From Nocardioides sp. (lineage in GTDB: Bacteria; Actinomycetota; Actinomycetes; Propionibacteriales; Nocardioidaceae), in assembly GCA_017354415.1 (NCBI GenBank), contig JAFMQY010000001.1:28-64027 (forward strand): a DNA stretch of 64,000 nucleotides, read 5' to 3'. The translations under genes and the position numbers were made by a program. Positions within the stretch are counted from its first letter, which is position 1; each line of letters opens with the position of its first letter. Of the stretch, positions 9,806 through 18,800 are shown one piece after another. The notes under the pieces were generated by a model. It was given only the letters and a program-made list of their open reading frames with translations, was not told the origin of the DNA and made no database searches.

Positions 9806-9990
9806 TGTGCACGAGGTCGATGGCCCACGCGGCCGCCGCCGTCGTGCTCGCTGCCCTGCTGGTCGGCCCCTCCGCCCATGCGGTCACGCCGTCACCGGGA
9901 CCGGCGGCGCGTGCCAAGCCGGCGTACGGCCACACGACCAACGAGTATCTGATGATGGGTCCGCACTGTGGGGCCAGTAGCAGCAGCTGA
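9802..9990 (+). CDS. Small secreted peptide B (62 aa)
   Basis: Start overlaps the peptide A stop. Signal-like segment ending AHA. Ends YGHTTNEYLMMGPHCGASSSS, sharing MGxHC with peptide A. Confidence 0.6.
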   Translation: MMCTRSMAHAAAAVVLAALLVGPSAHAVTPSPGPAARAKPAYGHTTNEYLMMGPHCGASSSS

Positions 9991-10001
9991 CCGAGCCGGC
10001 C

Positions 10002-10913
10002 TCACGCGCGGCCGTCGAGGAACATCCTGAGCCGGTTCCGCGTCGACTCCGGGTCCTCGACGACGGTGCCGTTCGCGGCGCGACACGCCCAGCCGAGCCG
10101 CATCGCCAGGGGGACGGCGTCGGCCAGCTCCGGGCGGTCGGGGTCGTAGCGCCGGAGGTAGCCGGCGACCAGTGGGGCGATGTCGACGGAGCCCTCGACG
10201 TCGTCCAGGCCCCACGAGACGACGCCCTCGAGGGTGACCGACAGCGTGAAGAACGGGTGGGAGATCACCGCGTCGCCCCAGTCCAGGATCAGCTGCCGGT
10301 CGCCCCGGACGAACACCTGCCCGTCGTGCAGGTCGTCGTGTTGCAGGGTCTCGGTCACGTCGTACGAGGCGAGCTCCTCGGCCATGTCCCGGACCCATGG
10401 CACGGCGTCCCGGTAGCGCTGCCCCACGTCGGCGGACTCGACCAGCGCGGCGTACCGGTCGGGGAGTACCGCGAGCCGGAAGTCGGGGACACCCGCTGCC
10501 AGCAGCTGCTCGACATCGGGCTCCATCGCCCGGGCGATGTCGGCTGCGCCGTCCAGGACGTCGACCCACCGCGAGAGGTCGCGCTCCTCGGCGATCACCT
10601 CGCGGAGCCGGGTGCCGGCGTCCTCCATCAGCATCCAGCCGCGCTTCGGGTCGTCGGCGATCAGGGGCGGCACCCGATCCGGAACCCGTCGGGCGAGCAG
10701 CAGGGTGACCAGCGCCTCGTGCTTGAGCTCCTCGGTGTTCGCCTTGAACCACACCGGTCCCGCTCCGGTCGGCACCTTGATCGCCGTCGACCAGGGCCGG
10801 ACGTGCACCTGGTCGACCTCGCCGGTGCGCGGCCGTCCTGCGTCGGCCAGCCGGGCGTCGACCCAGCCCATGGCCTCGGCCAGCCAGACCGGGTCACGCC
10901 ACGTCTCCTCCAC
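10002..10913 (-). CDS. Aminoglycoside phosphotransferase (APH/choline kinase-like) family protein
   Basis: VWFKA, HDDLHDGQV (Brenner motif), LDWGDA. Confidence 0.85.
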   Translation of the reverse strand: MEETWRDPVWLAEAMGWVDARLADAGRPRTGEVDQVHVRPWSTAIKVPTGAGPVWFKANTEELKHEALVTLLLARRVPDRVPPLIADDPKRGWMLMEDAGTRLREVIAEERDLSRWVDVLDGAADIARAMEPDVEQLLAAGVPDFRLAVLPDRYAALVESADVGQRYRDAVPWVRDMAEELASYDVTETLQHDDLHDGQVFVRGDRQLILDWGDAVISHPFFTLSVTLEGVVSWGLDDVEGSVDIAPLVAGYLRRYDPDRPELADAVPLAMRLGWACRAANGTVVEDPESTRNRLRMFLDGRA

Positions 10914-10962
10914 GACGCGTAGTCTCGCGCAGCCCGGGGCCCGCGAGCCTCCGGGTTTCCGG

Positions 10963-11421
10963 TCAGTCGGTGGCTGGACCCGTGGCCGCGGCGATCACGC
11001 GGGTGAGCCGCCGCTGCAGGTCCGTCAGCTCGGACAGCGGCATCCCGAGCCGCTCGACGATGGCAGGTGGCACGGCCAGCGCCTTCCGGCGCAGGGCACG
11101 CCCCTCCGGGGTGAGTACGACGGCCAGCGCGCGCTCGTCGTGCCGGTTGCGCTCGCGACGGACGTAGCCTGCGGTCTCGAGCCGCTTGAGGAGCGGCGAC
11201 AGGGTGCCCGGGTCGAGCTGGAGCAGCCCAGACAGATCGCGTAGCGACAGCTCTTCGGACTCCCAGAGAGCCAGCATCACCAGGTACTGCGGATGGGTGA
11301 GCCCCAGGGGCTCGAGCACGGGTTTGTACAGTGCCACCACGCTCCGTGCCGCCACCGCGAGCGCGAAGCAGACCTGGTCGTCGAGCGCGAGCGGGTTCTC
11401 GGCCGTTGTCGTCTTCGCCAC
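10963..11421 (-). CDS. MarR family transcriptional regulator (OhrR-like)
   Basis: LDDQVCFAL, LGLTHPQYLVMLALW, GTLSPLLKRLE, DER wing motif. Confidence 0.92.
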   Translation of the reverse strand: MAKTTTAENPLALDDQVCFALAVAARSVVALYKPVLEPLGLTHPQYLVMLALWESEELSLRDLSGLLQLDPGTLSPLLKRLETAGYVRRERNRHDERALAVVLTPEGRALRRKALAVPPAIVERLGMPLSELTDLQRRLTRVIAAATGPATD

Positions 11422-11428
11422 AATGCTG

Positions 11429-11451
11429 AGTGTACCAACGATTGGTACACT
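11429..11451. promoter_or_regulatory. Perfect inverted repeat, probable MarR operator
   Basis: AGTGTACCAA-CGA-TTGGTACACT in the 37-bp gap between divergent start codons. Confidence 0.75.
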
Positions 11452-11458
11452 AACGATC

Positions 11459-11833
11459 GTGGACACCACGACCCAGCCCACCGAGCCCACTCAGCCCACT
11501 GAGCCCTCCAGGCGGCGCCGCCACCTCATGGACCCGGCCAACCCGCAACGACCGAGCCTCGAGTCGCGCGAGATCACCCGCGTCCAGCAATGGGTGCTGT
11601 CGGTGCTGGTCGCGACCACGATCCTGCACCTGGCAGCCGGCTTCGCGGTCGCGGGCGTCTTCGCCGACGGCACGCGCGCCGGCGCCGGCGTCGGCCTCAA
11701 CATCCTGGCCATGGTGTGCGGCGTGGGCGCCGTGGTCGCCGCCCGGCTGATCCACCGTCGTACGCCGCTCTCGTGGTGGGTCCTGCTCGGCCTCGTGCCC
11801 GGAGTGGTGGGGCTCTGGTTCGTGCTCCACTGA
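11459..11833 (+). CDS. Small hypothetical membrane protein (3 TM)
   Basis: Three hydrophobic segments. Start is GTG 11459 or ATG 11528. Confidence 0.65.
   Translation: MDTTTQPTEPTQPTEPSRRRRHLMDPANPQRPSLESREITRVQQWVLSVLVATTILHLAAGFAVAGVFADGTRAGAGVGLNILAMVCGVGAVVAARLIHRRTPLSWWVLLGLVPGVVGLWFVLH
11474..11509 (+). repeat. 4 x 9-bp tandem repeat encoding QPTEPTQPTEPS
   Basis: CAGCCCACC GAGCCCACT CAGCCCACT GAGCCCTCC. Confidence 0.7.
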
Positions 11834-11851
11834 CCCGGCTCGGCCCCCGGG

Positions 11852-12724
11852 TCAGTCCGCGAGCTCCTCGAAGAGCGTGATCTGGAGACCCCCCGGGGCC
11901 CCCAGGCGCGCGTTGAGGGACCGCCACGGGGTCTCCGTCGGTGGCGCGATCACCTCGGCGCCCGCCGACTCGGCCCCGGTCGTCGCCGTGTGCGCGTCGT
12001 CGACCCGCAGCGCCACTCGCAGGTGTCCGGCCACGCGCCGTCCGACCTCGACCTCGTCGACGTACGCACCGTGGGGCGGGTCCCCGATCTCGAGCGTCGC
12101 AGCCCCTGCCTCGAGGATGACGACCCGCCCCTGGTCGTCGGACACGTACTCCGCCGAGACCGGCATCCCGAGCTCGTCGCGATAGAAGGCCACGGCCGCG
12201 TCGTAGTCGTCCGTGGTCACCACCAACCGCAGCTCGCGCACTCCCGGCTCGGCGACGGTCGAGGTCGACGCGGGTGCGGCGAGCGCCGACCCGAACGCCT
12301 CCGCCGCGAGCCGCTGCACCTCCTCCGGGGGTACGTCGCGGACCTGCTGGTCGAGCGCCCACCGATGACCGAAGGGGTCGACGAACTGGCCGGTGCGTAC
12401 ACCCCAGAACGCCTCGTGCACGGGCTCGAACGCGGTGGCACCGCCGGTCATGGCGGCCTGCCACACCGCGTCGACATCGTCCACTCGTAGGTGGAGCGCG
12501 CCGTAGGTCCCGCCCAGCGACTCGGGCGAGAGGACCCCCCACTGCGGCAGCTCGCGGCCGATCGCGACCTCGGCATCGCCGATCCGCAGGTCGGCGGTCA
12601 TGACGGTTCCGTCCGCCAGCGTGACCCGGCCCGTCTCGGTCGCGCCGAGCACGGCGGCGTACCACTCGCTCGCGCGTCCGACGTCGCGGACCACGAAGTG
12701 CCAGGCAAGCTCGCTCATCGTCAC
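11852..12724 (-). CDS. VOC (glyoxalase/bleomycin resistance) family, two fused domains
   Basis: PhnB-like N-domain (FWGVRTGQFVDPFGHRWAL) plus a second VOC domain (YDAAVAFYRDELG...TPWRSLNARL). Confidence 0.85.
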   Translation of the reverse strand: MTMSELAWHFVVRDVGRASEWYAAVLGATETGRVTLADGTVMTADLRIGDAEVAIGRELPQWGVLSPESLGGTYGALHLRVDDVDAVWQAAMTGGATAFEPVHEAFWGVRTGQFVDPFGHRWALDQQVRDVPPEEVQRLAAEAFGSALAAPASTSTVAEPGVRELRLVVTTDDYDAAVAFYRDELGMPVSAEYVSDDQGRVVILEAGAATLEIGDPPHGAYVDEVEVGRRVAGHLRVALRVDDAHTATTGAESAGAEVIAPPTETPWRSLNARLGAPGGLQITLFEELAD

Positions 12725-12806
12725 CCCTCCCAGGGTTGTCCGGACCTACGCGGCAAGTCTCCACTCCGCTTCGGCCACCTCGGCGCCGGGGAGTCATCAG
12801 GGCGCT

Positions 12807-12823
12807 TCACCCGTTGCGGGTGA
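12807..12823. promoter_or_regulatory. 7-3-7 palindrome TCACCCG-TTG-CGGGTGA, candidate transcription factor site
   Basis: Perfect inverted repeat upstream of the VOC gene. Degenerate copies at 8855, 8918 and 24588. Confidence 0.45.
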
Positions 12824-12924
12824 GCTCGGGCGGGACGGGCGTGAGGTCCACCGGAGGTACATCAGGCGACCAGCCACACACTGGAGTCTGCGGACTCGGA
12901 GTCGGCGTCGGTGTGGTCGGCTCG

Positions 12925-13189
12925 GGCAGCAGTCAGAAGGAGCGCAGGCCTGACCGATCCGCAGCTGGTCGACTACGCGGTCGCCTCCGGCGCAGACCGA
13001 GCAGCTGTGACTCCGTGCGTCAACGGGTTCCGGTTCGGCTCATGGGTCGCGGCATCGACGGACCAAGCCTCGAAGGCCGGGTTCACCGGAACCCTCACGG
13101 TGCTCGGTAACGGCCACCAGCTCGACCGGTCCCAGGACCCGGTTGGTGCGTTCCAGCGAGCGATCAACGCTGCGGGCCGCGGATCATGA
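12925..13189 (+). pseudogene. C-terminal remnant of a DsbA-like thioredoxin-fold protein
   Basis: GLTDPQLVDYAV...WVAASTDQASKAGFTGTLTVLGNG resembles a DsbA C-terminus. No CxxC N-terminus, and an apparent frameshift near 12945. Confidence 0.55.
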
Positions 13190-13273
13190 ACGTCGCGTCA
13201 CTCAGCCTCCTGAGGTGAGCCATCCCTGAACCGTCTGACTCGTCCCGAAGCGACTTCCGCACGCGGGCGAAGG

Positions 13274-13855
13274 CTAGTGCTCGCCGTCCACGGACTCACT
13301 GTCGCGTCGCGCGAGACCTGTCCGCACCGATCTCACGAAGGCGCGGGCGACCAGGCCGATCAGGATCAGGTCGACGACCATCTGGACGGTGACCATCGCC
13401 CGGGCCCCCTCGGAGACCGGCGTGATGTCGCCGAAGCCCACGGTGGCGAACACGGTCATCGTGAAATAGAGCGAGTCGATGCGGGTCATCGGCTCGCTGA
13501 AGGTGGCCGGGTCGCGATCGCCGGTCACGAAGTACGTCGTGGCGAACAGCAGCACGACCATGGGAAAAGACGTGCACAGGCCCTCGAGCGCTCGCACGAG
13601 CGGGAACGGCGAGTGCGCGATCGCCCGGGCCTGCCACGCGATCACGATGCCCGCGACGACCAAGCCGATGAACAGCGCGAGACCGGTGTTGAAGGGGCTC
13701 TTCTGGTCGAACGGGAGGGTGAAGTAGAGCACGAACACGACGACCGTCACGAAGACCGACCGCACGATCGACACCGCCACGCTCCGACGTCGAGCCTTGC
13801 GGGAGAGCTGCTCGGCCGGGTCGCCACCCCGCGATCGAGCGTGCGACTCGGTCAT
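13274..13855 (-). CDS. Potassium channel family protein (pore domain, no RCK)
   Basis: DSLYFTMTVFATVGFGDITP selectivity-filter motif. Confidence 0.9.
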   Translation of the reverse strand: MTESHARSRGGDPAEQLSRKARRRSVAVSIVRSVFVTVVVFVLYFTLPFDQKSPFNTGLALFIGLVVAGIVIAWQARAIAHSPFPLVRALEGLCTSFPMVVLLFATTYFVTGDRDPATFSEPMTRIDSLYFTMTVFATVGFGDITPVSEGARAMVTVQMVVDLILIGLVARAFVRSVRTGLARRDSESVDGEH

Positions 13856-13998
13856 GGCAGCCCCTCCACCCCCCGAAAATTACCGCGTCGCGGGCCGATC
13901 CGGCTCGGTGTCACCCAACGCGAGGCCGGAAGGTGAACAGCAGTCGACACATCGCCGCGACCGTTGTGCTGTCCGCGCGCGCCGGTCAGCATGGTGGG

Positions 13999-14526
13999 AT
14001 GAGGACGACGCAGCCTCGCGCCTCGCAGCAGGCGCCGCCCGTCCACCGCGGAGTCACCGTGATGTGGCACGACGCCACGACGGATGCCGACGCTGCTCTG
14101 GGGGCCCATGTCGCCGGTGTCGTCGGGGTCCCGGCAGGGGCGGTGGACGTGGGCCGGCTGTGCCCGCGCTGCGGCTCCGCCGACCACGGGCGGCCGTGGG
14201 CCAGCCACGGCGTCCACGTCAGCCTCGCCCGGTCGGGGCCACATCTGGTCACGGCGGTGTCGACGACGGGTCCCGTCGGCGTCGACGTGGAGTGCGTCGC
14301 GGACGTGGCGTCGGCGTGGGACGACCTCTCCGCCCTGCTCGACCCGGGCACCGTCGTACGCGGCACCCGGGCGGCGCTGTGGTGCCGCACCGAGGCGATG
14401 CTCAAACGGGATGGCACCGGGCTGTCCGCCCGCCGCGAGCGCCGGACGCCGGAGGACGACCACCTCGTCGACGATCTCGCCGCTCCGGCGGGGTACTGCG
14501 CGGCCGTCGCGGTCACGGGGCTGTGA
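13999..14526 (+). CDS. 4'-phosphopantetheinyl transferase (short Sfp-like)
   Basis: CPRCGSADHGRP, HVSLARS, VGVDVE, WCRTEAMLK. Adjacent to the NRPS. Confidence 0.75.
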   Translation: MRTTQPRASQQAPPVHRGVTVMWHDATTDADAALGAHVAGVVGVPAGAVDVGRLCPRCGSADHGRPWASHGVHVSLARSGPHLVTAVSTTGPVGVDVECVADVASAWDDLSALLDPGTVVRGTRAALWCRTEAMLKRDGTGLSARRERRTPEDDHLVDDLAAPAGYCAAVAVTGL

Positions 14527-14542
14527 CGGCCGCGCGTATGAC

Positions 14543-15853
14543 TCAGAGCTTCGGCACGGGTGGCAGTCCGGCCCCGTAGAGCCAGGCGTCGAACAGCGCG
14601 GTGAGGTCTCGGCCCGCCGCTGCAGACGTGTGGGCCACGAAGTCCCTCGTCGACACCGTGCCGCCGACGTGCTGCTCGACCCACGTGCGCAGCAGACGGA
14701 AGAACGTCGTGTCGCCGACCTCGCACCGCAACGCGTGCAGGGTCAGGGCACCGCGCTTGTAGACGCGGTCGTCGAACATCAGCCTCGGCCCCGGGTCGCC
14801 GATCACCAGGTCCTCGTCGAGCTCGGACAGCCGCGCGTGGTGGTGGTCGACGCGGGTCTGGGTCGAGGCGGCACCCGACTGCTCCGACCACAGCCACTCG
14901 GCGTAGCAGGCGAAGCCCTCGTGCAGCCAGATGTCCCGCCATGCGCCGAGGGTCACGGCGTTGCCGAACCACTGGTGTGCCATCTCGTGGGCGACGAGCC
15001 GGACGCAGTCCCAGTCGTCGGCCATGAAGTTCCGCCCGAACGTCGACATCCCCTGGGACTCCAGGGGGATCTCGAGGTCGTCGTGGGTGATCACGCAGGT
15101 GTACGACGGGAACGGGTAGGGCCCGAAGGCGTCCTGGAAGTAGGCCATCATCTCCGGCTGCCGTCCGAACGCCGCGTCGTACCCCGCCGAGTCCGGAGGC
15201 TGCGGCGTGAGGCTGCGCATCGGCACCGGTGCCTCGAGCTCGGTCACGTCGTAGCGTCCGATCTGCACGGCCGCGAGGTACGTCGCCATCGGCACCTCCT
15301 GCTCGTACATCCAGGTGGCGCTGCTCGCGCCGCGACGCCGGTCGACCAGCTCCCCGGTGAAGGCGACCTGGTAGTCCGAGGCGGCGGTGAGAGTGAGCGA
15401 GTACGTCGCCTTGTCGTCCGGCCGGTCGTTGCACGGGAACCACGACGGTGCCCCATGGGGCTGCGAGGCGACCAGGACGCCGTCCTCGAGCTCCTCCCAG
15501 CCGGCGGTGCCGAGGATCCGGGAGCGCACCGGCCGGGGGTTGCCGGCGTACCGGACCCGCACCTCGAACTCCACGCCGGCGGGGATCCTCCGGGGCGGCC
15601 GGACCACCAGCCGCCCCCGGCGGTGCTGGTGCCTGACCGGGCGGCCGTCGACGAAGACCTTCGACGGGCGCAGCGTGTGGAGGTCCAGCTCCAGCGCTGT
15701 GACATCGCCGCGCGCCTCGCAGAACAGGGTGGCGTCGCCGTCGAGCCGGTTGCGGTCGACCTTGTATCCGAGATGGAGGTCGTAGTGGCCGACGGAGTAC
15801 GACGCGTCGCCGTGCCCGGGGACGTAGGGGTCGGTCCCCGCCGGAACGGTCAC
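14543..15853 (-). CDS. M1 family zinc metallopeptidase (Pld-like)
   Basis: HEMAHQWFGN...WLHEGFA (HExxH-x18-E), VYKRGA. GTGA overlap with the NRPS stop. Confidence 0.92.
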   Translation of the reverse strand: MTVPAGTDPYVPGHGDASYSVGHYDLHLGYKVDRNRLDGDATLFCEARGDVTALELDLHTLRPSKVFVDGRPVRHQHRRGRLVVRPPRRIPAGVEFEVRVRYAGNPRPVRSRILGTAGWEELEDGVLVASQPHGAPSWFPCNDRPDDKATYSLTLTAASDYQVAFTGELVDRRRGASSATWMYEQEVPMATYLAAVQIGRYDVTELEAPVPMRSLTPQPPDSAGYDAAFGRQPEMMAYFQDAFGPYPFPSYTCVITHDDLEIPLESQGMSTFGRNFMADDWDCVRLVAHEMAHQWFGNAVTLGAWRDIWLHEGFACYAEWLWSEQSGAASTQTRVDHHHARLSELDEDLVIGDPGPRLMFDDRVYKRGALTLHALRCEVGDTTFFRLLRTWVEQHVGGTVSTRDFVAHTSAAAGRDLTALFDAWLYGAGLPPVPKL

Positions 15854-18800
15854 TCGGGCTCCTCCCAGGGGCCGATCGGGTTGCCGCTCCATCGGGTGCG
15901 GCTCGGGACGCTCTCGCCACGCATCACCAGGGACACCGGGCCGATCGTGGCGTGGCGACCGATGGTCGCCGCGGGAAGGATAACGCTGTGCGGTCCCAGG
16001 GTGGCACCGGTGCGGAGCCGGACGCGGTCCATGCTGAGAACCCGGTCGTGGAACAGGTGCGTCTGCACCACGCAGCCGTGGTTGACGGTCGCGCCGTCCT
16101 GGAGCTCGACCAGATCCGGCTCGGGCAGCCAGTAGGTGTCGCACCAGACGCCCCGGCCGATGTGCGCACCCAGCACCCGCATCCACGCGTTCAGGGCCGC
16201 CGTGCCCTGGGTCACCGAGGCGAACCACGGCGCCGCCAGCATCTCGGTGAAGGTGTCGGCGAGCTCGTTGCGCCACACGTACGACGACCACAGCGGGTGC
16301 TCACCCGGCCGGTGCGTCCCGACCAGGAGCCACTTGGCCGCCGCCGTCACCGCTGCTGCCACGAAGCCCGCGAGAAGCATCACCGGCCCACCGAGGAGCA
16401 GCGTCCACGCGCCGACGCCGTCGAGGAAGGAGAGCAGAGTGATGCCCACGCCCGTGTAGAGCGCGCCGGTCAGCACCAGCGGGACCACGCGGCACGCCTC
16501 CACGAGGCCGCGGCGCACGCGAAGGCTGCGCGGGGGATCGTAGGTGCGGCTGTCGTCCCCTTCGCTGCTCGCCCGCCGGAGCTGGGCGGGCGGGCTCCCG
16601 ATCCAAGAGGTGCCCGGTTCGGCCGTGCCGCGGCGGGGTGCCGCCGAGAGCACCGCCACGAGGGACTCCTTCGGCACCTTCCGGCCCGGTGCCAGCATCC
16701 CGGAGTTGCCGACGAACGCCCGCTTGCCCACCTTGACCCGCTCCACGCGCAGCCACCCGCCGCCGAGCTCGTAGGAGCCGATCAAGGTGTCGTCGGCCAG
16801 GAACGCGTGGTCGTTGACGTGCACCAGCTTGGGGATCATCAGCACCGTCGAGGCCTCGACACCCTCGCCGACCCTGGCCCCCAGCAGCCGCAGCCAGGCC
16901 GGTGTCAGCGCGCTCGAGTAGAGCGGGAACAGCCAGGTGCGCGCCTCGTCGAGGATCCGGACGGTCGCCCAGGTGCGCAGCCCGGGACCCGAGCGCACGG
17001 GGTGGTGGCCCGCTTCGACGCCCCGGCCCCACAGCCGGACCAGGGCCGCGACCAGCGCCGCCAGCACGACGTACCCGACGATCACGGCGAACGGGAGCCA
17101 CGGCAGTCCGTCTCGCACGGCCTCGCCCAGGGACGCCGCGTCGCGGACCGAGGGCAGCAGCACGAGAGCGGCGACCACGACCGCCACACCCGGCAGGGCC
17201 GCGATCACCACCGAGGTGAGTGCGTACGCCGCGAGCCAGACCGACTCCGCAGGCGGGGTGCCGGTCGACCACGGCCCCCGGGCGGTCTTCGCCCGCCGCT
17301 CTGCGGGCGAGCCGCCCCAGAACTGCCCCGCGGGGACCTTGCCCGAGACGAAGGACCCGGGCGCGATCTCGGCATCCCGGCCGATCCGCGCACCCGGTCC
17401 GAGCATGCTGCGAGCTCCGACGCGGGCGCGCTTCCCGATGCGGATGCTGCCGATGTGCACGGCGTCGCCGTCGATCCAGTGGCCGCCGAGGTCGACCTCC
17501 GGCTCCACGGACGCGTCGTCACCGATCTCCAACAGCCCGGTGACTGGCGGCAGGGTGTGCATGTCCACGCCCTTGCCCACGCGCGCACCGAGCATCCGGC
17601 CGTACGCGGGGAACCACGGCGCTCCGGCCAGGGCGGTCGCGGCGAGCTCGTCCTGGATCCGCATCGCGAGCCACAGCCTGAGGTGCGCCTTCCCGCCTCG
17701 GGGGTGGCGACCCGGGATGACCGGCCGGAGGACGAGCCGGGCGAGCAGTGCAGCGAGCGCCATCCGTCCCGGCGGGAGGATCAGGAGTACGACGGCGGGT
17801 GCGACCAGCCACCAGGAGAACGACGGCAGCCAGTCCGGACCGCCGAGAGGTCGTGCCACGTCCGCACCCAGCATCAGCCAGGCGAGCCAACGCAGCGACG
17901 CGAGCGCGCGGAGCGGAAGCAGGGCCGCGAGCTGGCCGGTCTGGGTCTTCAGTGGGATCGGTACGACGCTCCGGTCGGTGCGGACCACGGTGCCGCCGAG
18001 CTCCTCGAGCGCAGCGGAGAGGGAGGCGACGGTCGGGTTGGCGTAGAGGTCGCCGACCGCCACCTCGGGGTAGCGCTCGCGCAGCCGGCCGACCACCTGG
18101 GCCGCGGTGAGCGACCCGCCGCCGAAGTCGAAGAAGTCGTCGGAGGGTGCCGTGACCTCCGCGCCCAGCACGTCGTACCAGACCTCGGCGATCCACTCCT
18201 GGCTTCCGGAGAGGGTGCCGGTGACCCGCTCGGTCTTCGGCAGGGGCCAGGGAAGGGCGTCCCGGTCGACCTTCCCCGAGGTGCGGGTGGGGAGCTCCTC
18301 CACGACAGCCAGGCGCGGGACCAGGGCCGCGGGCAGGCGGTGCCGGAGCACCTCCAGGGCAGTCGTGTGGTCGTACATGCCGTCAGTGGTGACGTAGCCG
18401 ACCAGCAGCTTGTTGCCGGACTTCGTCGAGCGCACGGCGGCCGCGGCGGACAGGACGCCCGGGACCCGGAGCAGCTGGTCGTCGACCTCCCCGAGCTCGA
18501 TCCGTCGGCCGCCGAGCTTCACCTGGTCGTCGGAGCGTCCCGCGAACACCAGTCCCTCGGGGTCGTTGCGGACCATGTCGCCGGAGCGGTAGGCCCGCCC
18601 CCAGCCCAGCGACGGCATCGGGGCGAACTTCTCGGCGTCCTTGACCGGGTCGAGGTAGCGGGCGAGCCCGACGCCGCCGATGATCAGCTCGCCCACCTCT
18701 CCCGGACCGACCGGCGTCCCGGTGGCGTCGACGACCGCGAGGTCCCAGCCGTCCAGCGGCAGCCCGATCCGAACGTGTTCGTGCCCGTCCAGCGGGGCGG

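Noticed and set aside
11474-11509. Short tandem repeats as CRISPR or VNTR
   Set aside because: 9-bp units with no spacers and no cas genes. They are in-frame low-complexity coding sequence.
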